Positions 1 through 12,100 of a DNA stretch of 64,000 nucleotides are shown here, one piece after another. Where the stretch lies: NCBI GenBank assembly GCA_030141605.1, contig JAQGDQ010000827.1, positions 1 through 64,000 on the forward strand. The letters are read 5' to 3'. The number at the start of each line of letters is the position of its first letter. Position 1 is the first letter of the stretch. This DNA is from Tubiluchus corallicola. Its lineage: Eukaryota; Animalia; Priapulida. Below the pieces are notes generated by a model. It searched no databases. It saw only the letters and a list, made by a program, of their open reading frames with translations, and had not been told where the DNA came from. A program made the translations under genes and the position numbers.

Positions 1-30
1 ATTGTTAACACATTTGGTATTACATTTCCG

Positions 31-457
31 TTTCCTCGTACATATTTAATTGGTCTACATGTGGTGTTTCGTATGGGTCAATTGAACATTACGGACTACA
101 TTTCCTCGTACATATTTAATTGGTCTACATGTGGTGTTTCGTATGGGTCAATTGAACATTACGGACTACATTTCCTCGTACATATTTAATTGGTCTACAT
201 GTGGTGTTTCGTATGGGTCAATTGAACATTACGGACTACATTTCCTCGTACATATTTAATTGGTCTACATGTGGTGTTTCGTATGGGTCAATTGAACATT
301 ACGGACTACATTTCCTCGTACATATTTAATTGGTCTACATGTGGTGTTTCGTGTGGGTCAATTGAACATTACTGACTACATTTCCTCGTACATATTTAAT
401 TGGTCTACATGTGGTGTTTCGTGTGGGTCAATTGAACATTACAGACTACATTTCCTC
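31..457. repeat. Minisatellite, 70-bp unit, about 6 copies
   Basis: TTTCCTC(GTACATATTTAATTGG...) recurs at 31, 101, 171, 241, 311, 381 and partially at 451. Confidence 0.97.
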
Positions 458-687
458 CCAGTTAGTGTGTTACAACAAGGGGTTACTATAATTTTGATTT
501 AGCCCCCAAGACGTCACAAATTAACTAAATTTTTACTTTTTTGGTACATATAGCAACATATTAATGGTTGGTTACCTTATATCACTTAATCCTACAAAAT
601 GTACAAACCAGCAAAATGCGTCATTATCATCACTTTTTATGAAGTGGGTACTTCATGACCTAACAGATATTTGCTTTTAATTATCAG

Positions 688-813
688 GCTTGCTTGTACA
701 TCAACGTCAGCACCGATGAAAAGAATCTTAGCGAGACTTTGAGCACCTTGCAGTTTGGTTCACAAGCCAGGCAAGTGCAGCTGGGAAAAGCGGAAAGAAA
801 CGTCATCAGATAG
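688..813 (+). CDS. Last coding exon of a kinesin with C-terminal motor domain (kinesin-14/KIFC-like)
   Basis: Acceptor ttatcag at 687; translates ACLYINVSTDEKNLSETLSTLQFGSQARQVQLGKAERNVIR*, matching the motor-domain end motif (NxSP..N.xETLxTLxFxxRA) followed almost immediately by a stop. Confidence 0.85.
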   Translation, partial: ACLYINVSTDEKNLSETLSTLQFGSQARQVQLGKAERNVIR

Positions 814-1811
814 GATACCATGTTAAACCTTGGTTAACTTGATTACCTTTGTATAGCTATCGAAATTCTACGTATTTATGACATGGAGCACTTTGCACAA
901 AAAATTAACTTTTTCAAGACTAGCATGTCTTTATTTCTACGGAATAATTTGCAGACAAAGGCATTAATGCGACCCAATTTTCCAATAATATAAACCCATA
1001 GTGAAGCAGTGAATATTAAACCATCTTAAATGAAATGATAAAAATTTCAGTTCAAATAATTTTAGGCGTGTGTTTAAATTCCCTCAACAATGTCCTACCC
1101 AAAGTTCATTTTGCTTCTGTTGTTTCTACTTCGGATGACGTCTGTGCTAGAAGGCATAGCTAAATGACATTCTCGGTGAATATGTATTCATGTCGAATAC
1201 GTTGATTGGACTGAGAGAAAAAAGCAGTATTCTGGTTCATTTTTCTTTCTGCATCATTCTAAATCGATACTACTTTTCATGTTGAGGAGATTAGTACGGG
1301 AATTGGGCACAGTATGTGTTTAGCAGCAGTTAAACAGCACTAAGCTTGGTTAACAAATGATGAGTGGTCGTAGAAGTACAACCTTTTCTCCGCAAATTCA
1401 TCCCCCATATTACCCTTAATTTTTTATCTAATTTAGGGAGGATCAATGACTAAGAAACCACTGTTGACTAAGTCTCATGTTTTGATGATGAAACTAGTCT
1501 CCAGTCCTGCCACATATGTACATGAATTATACTTTGCATGTGAATGCTGGTTCTCAGCTTGCAAAGTGCTGAACAGAACTGTGAAATACACTGAACTTTA
1601 TGGAGAACTGAAAATATATTGAAATTTTTTATTGAATTTTCGAATTAAAACATGCAACGAAGATAATGTATCGGTGATAAAAATATTTATTTACATGCAC
1701 TTGATTAAACTTTATCAATAACTTGTGTAAAACTTATTCAAAAATTTGTAAAAAGTTTAAAGTTCGTATAAAATGTTAGTTAGCATTAAACAATAACTTT
1801 TTAATGAATTA

Positions 1812-2459
1812 TAGGTTTTACATGTCAAATGTAGACCTGCGTTAACTCAAATGTAGATTTAGGTAATTCAAATGTGTCTTGGTAACTCAAATGTAGACTT
1901 TGGTAATTCAAATGTGTTTGTAACTAATGTGTTTGGTAATTCAAATGTGTTTGGTAATCAAATGTAGACTTTGGTAATTCAAATGTGTCTTGGTAACTCA
2001 AATGTAATTAGGTGGTTCAAATGTGTTAACAANNNTGGTTTTCAAGAAATCTTAATAGGCTGAAATAAAGCAGATATTTCTTCTTGCAGATAATAGAGAA
2101 AATCTTCTAGTGCAGAATCACGGTCAGAGAATGGCAATATTCGCTCAGTTGGCAGAACAGTCTGTTAATATCATAACGGCCGCAGATGCAGGCCATTTTG
2201 TAATTTGCACTTAAATGAGTTAATTACCGATTTATTCAAAGTACCGCAATACATTTGAATTACCTAAGTCACATTTGAGTTACCAAAACACATTCGAAAT
2301 TCCTATGTCTGCTACATTTGACTTACCTACGTCACATTCGAAATTCCTATGTCTACATTTGACTTACCTGAGTCACATTTGAACTTTCCTGTGTCTACAT
2401 TTGACTTACCTGAGTCACATTTGAACTTTCCTGTGTCTACATTTGATGTGTAAAACCTA
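1812..2459. mobile_element. Foldback-like/MITE element with TIRs and subterminal tandem repeats
   Basis: TAGGTTTTACA..TCAAATGTAGAC at left, GTCTACATTTGA..TGTAAAACCTA at right, TA on both flanks; arms built from ~20-bp TCAAATGT repeats in opposite orientation; NNN at 2033-2035. Confidence 0.75.
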
Positions 2460-3085
2460 TACAAATACTGTAAACCAGAAAAAATGCAAACTAAATTTCG
2501 TGTCTAACCTTCCTTTGCAACATTTGCAAACATTTCCAGCCATACATTAATTTTAAGGTTTACAATAGCAATCGTGTAATTTTCCAATATAAAACTAATC
2601 ATAAACAATAAACATATTAAAAACACTGTTGCATACTGCCAAAAACATAAATACAACAACACAACATACGTGCAAAATCATTAAAATCTCAAAAATAAAA
2701 AAATAAATGTTATGATTTTACGATTAACAATTAATTGTTACGTTTCAACAAATACAGACTGCTTGTCTTGAACTGTTAAACTTTTGAGTAAATCTCAAAA
2801 TACTTGAACTAACAATTAAAACATTTCCTATCTTTGAATTAAGTAATTTATGCGAATTAAAATACGATGAATTAACTGTAAAAACTATTTAAATACTAAT
2901 TTTGTTTCGAAAATACACAACTAATTCTAAGATCAACAAGTCTAATATCAAAAACTAGAAAATATTATATTTGAACTCAATTCTATAAAAAATTTTACGT
3001 ATTTCGTAGCTAGACTAGCTCAGTATTGCACATAAAAAAGGTGAAAACTCACTCACTAGATGCAATGACTAAATTACTCATAACC

Positions 3086-3178
3086 TTACACCTGCGCCAT
3101 CTGGGAAGCAACTCTTGCATTAATGGTCTCCATGACGTCACTAGTCCCGGCAGTTCCGCCTAGATCAGGCGTGTGAAC
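3086..3178 (-). CDS. IDH3G: IDH3G exon 11 (last)
   Basis: [30 protein letters not shown]. Confidence 0.92.
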   Translation of the reverse strand, partial: VHTPDLGGTAGTSDVMETINARVASQMAQV

Positions 3179-6100
3179 CTAATAATGAAATTTAAAAGAC
3201 CAGGTGAGTTAACTTGGCAAGAAGACTAACTAGTCTGAATGCTCCATTAAGATTATCATAACCAAATTCTAAATGCTCTGAATGCACTCATTTCTGATTA
3301 CTTAGATTATAAGATTAACCTGCTCATACTAAACAGAAACCAAAATAACACAACCTTCGAGGAAAACCAACAATGTTAAGCTGGAACCAAGGCCTGGTAA
3401 GTTGTAATAATATTCTAGTAATGAATTAAAAGTAAAACGTCAAAAACTCACCTTGTCTTCTGTCAGTGTTTGCCAGACGGCTGATTCTATTGTAGAGGCA
3501 TGTGCTTCCAATCTATAAAATCAATAAGTTCTAGCAGTTTTTTTTTACTAATACTAATATTAGTAACATTACTAACTGAGCTTAACTGAATAATCTCAAA
3601 ATAACTTGAATTTAATAAAATGACGGCAGTTTATAAAAATACTAATAGTAACGTCGCAAATTACAGAAAAATGAAACATTTGAAATCAGAGGAGTTAAAC
3701 TGCCATTAAAAATAGTAATACATGATTGCATTGGTTACATGTCAATGTTCAATATACTAATATAAACCCTATAGAGATGTGGGCAGGGAAGAAGCTTGAA
3801 TAAGAGGAGCAAAAAGGGAAGATGGGCAAGGAAAGAAGTGAAGATCAAGGAGGCAAGCAGAAAATGGTAGTGAGAAAGGGAAAGGAGGATAGGAGAGACC
3901 AGATAAGAAAAGAGAGGAAAGGAAAGAATTGAGAAGAGGGGAAGGAAAGAGAACAAGAAGAGGGTACAGAGAAAAAAGAATAAAGTGGTAAAGCAAAGCA
4001 AAGCAAAACAAACCAGGCAGGCTACTTTTAGAAAATGTGTTGCTTAACTTAGAATGCGTGACGGGCCAATCAAAATATAGTGGTTTGGGAAGGCACTGTA
4101 ATTGCCCCAGGAGGGCACAATCCAAAGCTTCCGAGGCAAAAGTCCATAACATATATTTGGACACTTCAAAAGCCGTTTGAACGCTCAGAAAATAATTGCC
4201 TCCTCTGTCTAACTCAGGGCATTGGATATCCTTGAAGTACACAAAATAGTTTTAGTATAATGGCTTCATAACTGCCATACAAACAACATGCCCACTACTA
4301 TTATGATATACCTCTCTTCCTCAGTTAACTGTCTATTATTTCAACACGTATATTGAGTGTGCAGTACCTTATTTTGTAAGTGGTAATCACCTAAAATACA
4401 GTTAAAGCAACAGTGAAGTAAGATATTGGTTTAAATCTAACATATATGCTACAGCACAGGACTAAAACCACCTGACATGTTTGCCCACCAAATGACCGTT
4501 TCACGGGCGCTTTCACCGAAGAGTCCAATTTGGGAAAATAGGCTGAATTTGCTATCATCAATAGTAAGTACAGTGTTCCCTCGCTTATCGAGGGTGTTCC
4601 GTTCCTGGCCCACCCGCGATAAGTGAATTTCAGCGAAGTAGGGACGCTATACTTATTTAATACTTACACATTTTGGGTGGCATCGTAGGGCTTGAATAAA
4701 TTCAGTCTCTAACGAAAATTTCACAAATAGTGTACAAGAAAACAAATTGCACGGTAGCTGAGCCAATCAGCGACTAGGATACAGAGCAGCATTCTCTGGT
4801 TGGTCGCTTTCCATCGATCAACCAATAGTGTGTTGTGTACAATCTCACGTCGGCAAGTAGCATCTCAAGCGGGCGCAAGTACTACATTTCATTTTTGGTG
4901 AGCATTCATCCGCCGAATAAATACACTATTTACTGTAAATAGTAATTTTTTATGATTTATAATATTCTTTGAAAACCCGCGAAACAGCGAGTCCGCGATA
5001 AACGAACTGCAAAGTAGCGAGGGAACACTGTATCACAAAGTAAAGTGAAATAGTGTGATTTATAATAAAGTGAAATGCAAATATGCAAAAATTTCTCTAC
5101 CCCAGATGTTTGATCATATCAACCGCAGCTAACAACATTGCAACTGGATTAGCAATGTTTTGCCCTGCAATTGACTTTCCTGTATTTCGTGTCCCCTAAA
5201 AGAACAACAAAAAATTCAAATTAACTAGAAGCAAAATAATACTGATGAATTCTAATTTATTTTGTAGAATTCATATCTACAAATGTTAGTACATATTTCT
5301 ACAAAATGGTACAATTTTGTATCAAGACATCCAATTTTATGCTTTTAAAATGTATTTAGAATTACCAATTTCGTATTTCAGACATGACTGATAGCTTCTT
5401 AAACAGTTGTATCTTTCACCAGTTTTCTGACATTCTACTGACGTGGCCAAAAGTTTAAGCCCACCTGTGATTATGAAATGAATTTTGAGCTTTCTTGGTA
5501 TCCAATACCATATATTTTCCCTCATGGTGGACCGATTCGCACACACGATGGCTGATTAGGAAGGTAATTGAAAATTGCAAATAAATGTTTGTGTTGCGCT
5601 TGCACAGGACTTACGAGATGATGACGTCATTGCATTGATGACGTCATCAGTACGGTTCCGGGAATTGTCTTAGACGCGCTCTCAGCAGTAGCTTCCTCCC
5701 CAATCGTCTGATTACGTTGGATGGCAATTCTAATGAAGGTAGGAGGATGAATGATCAATTGCGCATGCGCAAATGTCTCCGACTTGATGACGTCATCAAT
5801 GCTTGTTATCCCGTCGATATGGTATTGAATACTAAAAAAGCTCAAAATTCACGTCGTAATCACAGGTGGGCTTAAACTTTTGGCCACGACTGTAGTTACA
5901 GTGAGGCAGTTTGGTGGGTTTGATGATTCGCGAAGGGAAAAAAATATTACTGTCAATTCTCGGTTGGCAGTTGGTGATGCGATTCTTGCATGGCGAGCTG
6001 ACTCTGATCCGCCCACAACACCCACCATATCTGTGCAGCTAATGGCATTTCTAATTGTTTGTGACTGTTCGAGTAGAAATGTCCTCAAGATTACCTTTAA

Positions 6101-9100
6101 TCTTGACCATCAGTTTGCCCCATGAATTACACCCACACCAAAAAGAATGAAGCTTAGCTTAGGTGGCTTAGATTATAACTGACTTAAAATCAAATTGTGG
6201 ATGGCTGAAGGACACTGCACAACGGTCTAATGTCCGGAGAATAAACCTCGGTGTGAACAAGCTGCTTATGAAAGTTTTGTAATTACATTCTCCAGGGATG
6301 AGAATGACAAATTGCAAAAAACTCTGAAACAGGCCGGGGGTTTTGGGGCCACCTAGGCCCCGAATGGGGTTCAAGGGAGCCCCCTTGGAGGCAGCAACAA
6401 ATTGCAATTTTGTGGCCACAGAGAGCCTCTAAGTGGACTTAAAATATCAGTTACCTTGTTTCATGCATAATTTAAAATACCCAACTATCAAGGATACATG
6501 ATACCTAATCGTCTCAAAAACGTCTAAGTACTGGTCGCTCCTGTGCAAAAGTATATAAAAACTGTCTGCAATTGACTCAAATAACTCCACACAATTGATT
6601 CTATATTTTTATACATAGAGACATACATGTGGTTACACTGATGTACGTGATGTAAACAAAGTGACGGCCTGCCAACTAGCGGTCAGCTTATGAAATAATG
6701 TACTGTGCCCGTAAACATTTTCTCAACGAATTTACGCGATTTACAAAAATGGCACTACTGGTCTTCCAAAAACTCGGAATTCCGAGTATCCGCGGAAAAT
6801 TCTCATCCTTGATTCTCTAAGCACTATGAGCATAACTTACTGTTTCAAAAACTGCATACTCCATGCCGATGTTCTTCCCCACTGTTATCCCCGGTCCACC
6901 CACTAGACCACTGCCGATGTTAGCGATGATATTTCCGTAAAGATTAGGCATCAACATGACGTCGAATTGCTGCGGCCGTGAAACTAACTGAAAGTAGCAA
7001 AATGAAAGCACCAGAGTAAATTTTAGCGCAAAACGTACTTAATTTACTAATAAACTCTGACATCTATAACACTAAACTCTGACATCTATAACAATTGGAT
7101 CATTTAGTAAAACCTAAAACATTTTGTCTGCTTCTGTAGTCGTTATTCTCACAACTGATAAAAAAAGAACATTGTTTTATTATATTAAATGCACTTCATT
7201 AATTACAGATGTGAGCTGATAAAGATTTCAGAGGAAGTGAAAACATTTGGGATATAAAAAATCCCTTGCATAGCAAAATCGTGCATCTTAAATCTAGCTT
7301 TTTAAGTATATCTTGGAATCAGGAAACTCCTAATTTTAGTAAACACTACGAGGGTCTACTGTATTCCATTAAAAAGTAGTTATTTTAAAAAGACAGTGAG
7401 ACTAATGATTTATTGCAGTACCAAAATAAGTACATTAATTGTTATTGAAAGAAAAATCGTCCATAAGTCAGCAATTAAGTTTTTCTAGCAGTTTACATAT
7501 CTTGAATCTCCATTTCATGAGGATCATTTTGATACCAAACTCATCGCTCTATATTATTTCTAAGCTGAGATAATCCACGCTGAAGTTGAGGTGCAGGCTG
7601 CACACTGAAAAACATAATCTTGAGAAAAACGCTGGTAAAGTCAGCCATTGTTTTTGTCGCATCTTTACAAAACACTTAGCAACCATACGAAAGTGGGGTT
7701 GCTGTGGACTTTGCAAAAACACATTGAAGTCATGTCTAAATCCAGTAGATGGCTCTTCCTGACGAAGATTTGGGTTTGTCAACATAAAAAACCCGAAGAA
7801 AAATGACTGTTTCCAAGAGCTACTATCAGAGTTTGAAAATACAAGTTTTTTGCAATTGAAGTACTAATTTCTGGGCAGAGAAATGAGCACGGGGTTATAA
7901 AATTAAATTTCCGACATTTTCTTGTTAATTTGATGCTAGTATATAAAAGTCCAATATGTTTAGCATTTGTTTTCATAAAAAACTAAAAATTTACATTAGA
8001 CCAAAATTTTGGTGCATTCTACTTTGAAGCATCATAACGTAGTTTTAACTATGCCGACATGGACAGTTTTCAGATGGATTCAGATGGAATCACGGACACA
8101 GTTAATGTGGATTGTAAACGATTCATGAATCTTGACACCATTCTTTGCAGATTTGCCAACCTGAAAAAGTGAAGACATACAACAATGACGCGAGGCTCAA
8201 ATGCAGAGGTGTGCAAATTATCTGACTAGCCGGGCCACATTAAACTTTCCCGCAATTCCTGCAGGCCACAGACAGTTTGATCAAGGAGCCAAGTACAGAA
8301 AGGCCTAATAACGACTTTTTTGCATCAGACCTGCGTACATCATTGCTACTACACTCAAGAAACTATTTTAGAAGTTATTAAAATTTATATTACAAACCAT
8401 ATATTTCTACTTTCAGGACAGATAGTGGTAATTTCAATACTATGCATATTAGTAATGTGTATCATACAGTCTGTGTAGTACAGTGTCATTAAGCTACAAC
8501 CGTCTTGTAAGGGTTAATGGCATCCGATCTAGTAGAAAAAACTACCTGCACTATCTTTGGCATCGTGGCGCGGACTTCAGCTTGATACACTCAATTAATC
8601 GCCCGGGCCGCACTTTCATTAGGTTGACAAATCTCTTCGCAGGCCGCACAAATTCACTCGGCGGGCCGCAATTTGCACACCCCTGCTCTAATGAATCAAA
8701 TATAATGTAAACGGGAGAGCACCTGCATGCAAGTGTTGTCAACAATCATTCCCTCGAATGTCATCTCCGGATAATCTGTAGCAACTTGTCTACAAGTCTC
8801 TAGGAACATTCCGTCACCCAGCTTCCTGTAAATTTACAAATAACATTAAAACAATGAGACGACTGGCAGAAGGACTTCAACTGTTGATGGCAACGACAAA
8901 CACCGGACACCATCAAGCAAAGATTTGACCTTGTATTACTTTTCTAGGATCACAACTAAGTCATCACTAAACTATTTTTCTGGAATCGGCAGTTTATTTT
9001 ATATTCTGCCAACTTACCGCATTTTTCTACACATAATCGCACAGTTGCATTTGATTGCATTCTGTGAAGCAGCATAATATTACTCTTTAACATTATAATT

Positions 9101-12100
9101 ATTTACTTCCTCCAAAAGTTTATCCTGAACAAGAGAGAAAATTCACGGACCATAGAACAAGTTATTACTGCTAATAATCATCCGCAAGACTTTCTTTTCC
9201 TAAACTATTATACTCAGTTATTATACTGAAGTAAAGTGAAGTAAAGTGAAGTAATGTAAAGTGAAGTGAAGTGAAATGAAGTGAAGTGAAATGAAATGAA
9301 GTAAAGTGAAGTGAAGTGGAGTGAAGTGAAGTAAAGTGAAATGAAATAAAGTGAAGTGAAGTGAAGTAAAGTGAAGTGAAGTGAAATGAAGTAAAGTGAA
9401 GTGATGTGAAGAGAAGTAAAGTAAAGTGAAGCAAAATGAAGTGAAGTGAAGTAAAGTGAAGTGAAGCAAAATGAAGTGAAGTAAATGAAGTGAAGTGAAA
9501 TGAAGTAAAGTGAAGTGAAGTGAAGTGAAGTGAAGTGAAGTGAAATGAAGTGAAGAGAAAAGAAGTGAAGTGAAGCGAAGAAAATGGGACGGTAAGTGAA
9601 GTGAAAAAAAAAGAAGTGAAGTGAAGTGAAGTGAAATGAAGTAAAGTAAAGTGATGTGAAGAGAAGTAAAGTAAAGTGAAGCAAAATGAAGTGAAGTGAA
9701 GTAAAGTGAAGCGAAGCGAAATGAAGTGAAGTAAATGAAGTGAAGTGAAATGAAATGAAGTAAAGTGAAGTGAAGTGAAGTGAAGTTAAGTGTAATTATC
9801 TACTCACATTATATTTGCCTTGTGAACAGCAGTGACTTTTTTCCTGTTGTGTTTGCGAGCGTAGTTGAACGCAAAGCGGGCAATGCGTTCTGATCGTTCT
9901 CTGGTGACAATTTTCAGGCTCTCAACAACACCTGGTACGTTCTGCAAATTTATCGTAAGCAGTTCTGTAATGTATGCAACAAAATTCTGTGATTGAAAAC
10001 TCAGTAAATTAGTGTACAAATCACCCATCTATTGTTACGAAAAATGTGTTAATACCCAACTAGCAAAGGCCCCGCAAAAAAATTTGCATATAAGTACACT
10101 CATAATCAAAAATACGCAAACATCCTACCTAATGTTCGTTTACTTACCTAACGCAAAGCCAGCGGCAGCAGCTTTTACTGAATTAAAGTTATAAGCAGAG
10201 TATAATGGATGACGTCAGAACAATGGCTTTGCGTCAGCAGGTTTCCCAGCGAAAATTACAAAAAATAGAACATCTAATTAACTTGTCGTCTCTCCTCTTG
10301 GTGGACGTGTTCTACACCATAGTGTAGCCCTGTCCTTTCTCTTTCTAAAGAGTCATATATCTCCTTCCTAGTAATTTCGAAAAAAATCGCGAGTTGGGTC
10401 CGGGAAAATATCCGTTACGGGACGCCGTGGCCCTCTCGCGAATTCTAAATACGCCTACTACACCCACAGTTGAACCGGCTATCTTTCAATAGCCAGCATC
10501 ATCACCATTGGCCCATTCCTGTTCTCCAGAAATAAGAGGTATAAGTTTTGCAATTTTTTACAAAAAACGGCCGAAAAATATCCGTTTTTGCAGGTTTTTC
10601 GCCCCCCGTTCCTTCCGGTGGGCCCAATTCGAAAAATAAACCCCCAATGGCACGACACAAGATCGAGACCTTTCGTTTGATGTATAGATCGCCGCAAATG
10701 GTGCCGTCCTTGGAGCTGTAACCTCAAATCTTATATATATATATATATATATACCAGTAGAATTAATATATAGGGAATATATCAGACATGATGACATAGA
10801 CTTACAGTATTGAACTAACATTAGAGAATGTTTCATATAATGCTCGACAGAAATATTGTATTTTAAAAAAAGTACTTTTTGCAGGCAAAACATAATAAGA
10901 ATTACTAGAGCAGACTTACTCTTCTGAATTCTGACCAGGGAATTTGCAATGAAAGCATGAAAGTAAATCAGAGTAAACACAATTAGTGAAAAAACTTGCA
11001 GTTATAGTTCAAAGTAGCCACGTTCCACCATTCAAAAATGGCACATTCGACATAATAAGTCTAATACAAATATACCTGTCACAACGAAGCAAAGAACCAG
11101 GGTGAAGAACTACTTCACTAACAGTGTAAAACCAAGTTAAATGTAACTAAAATTGTATAAAACTGACGAGTGAAAAAATTTTAGTCTTTGGAAATGCTAT
11201 TTTTGCAGTTACTAACTTTGACAGGTACCCAGAATTGATTGTAATTGCTAGAGATACAATTTAGGAAAAGTTTACAGTAATTTCTAGAGTAATGAGTTGG
11301 TCAGAGTTGACTATAATAATCAAAATCACAAATTAGGCAGAGTTGACTGCAATTGTTAGAAGCACAAGTTAGGCAAAGCAGACTGCAGCACAACTACAGA
11401 CACGATGAAATTGTATGACTGTACAACATGGCTGAAACACAACTCAATGTCTCTTCTAAAAGGATTAACCTTACTAATGAACTAGTGACAGTCATCACAA
11501 CCACTCAACACTAGTAGTATACTCTGGCACTGAATGCTAAACTCCAACTTGTAATACAGTAACTGTTTAGAAAAATCCAAATTCTGAAAACTCATCAATC
11601 AATTTTAGGCCGGATCAAACAGCACAGAGTAAGAGATTAACATGGAAGTTATTAGTCTGTCACAAAAAATGATACAAAAAATTTTGAATATATTATTGTA
11701 GCATTAATTTTGCTAATGAATCACTTATATTCTCATAATTTGCTCCTCCCCCCTTTCTCCCCATAACCCATTTTAATGGTTATGATGGCTACATTACTAG
11801 CATCAATTATATTAAAATGTTCTAGACAATTATAGATATTACTACAAGTATAATATATAATTTAATCTCTTCTCCCCCACTTAAATTTGGGTACATATAT
11901 GTGTGTATGTATATCATTATATATACAAATAAGCAATATGGTGCATTCTAATACAAGTAAGTGATACATTGACAGATAATCATGTAATTCAAATTCGTAA
12001 CTATTTAAAAAAAATTCACTCTTTAAGGTTCACTCAAAGTCGTAATTACATATTATGTTTTCCTTTCTCAACTTTCAGGTTTATTGCTCTTATACCATTG

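Noticed and set aside
3735-4242. Hydrophobic F/L/S-rich ORFs
   Set aside because: Arise from a purine-rich low-complexity intronic tract; no domain and no fitting splice phase
9171-9684. LHFTS-repeat ORFs
   Set aside because: Translation artefacts of the (GAAGT)n microsatellite
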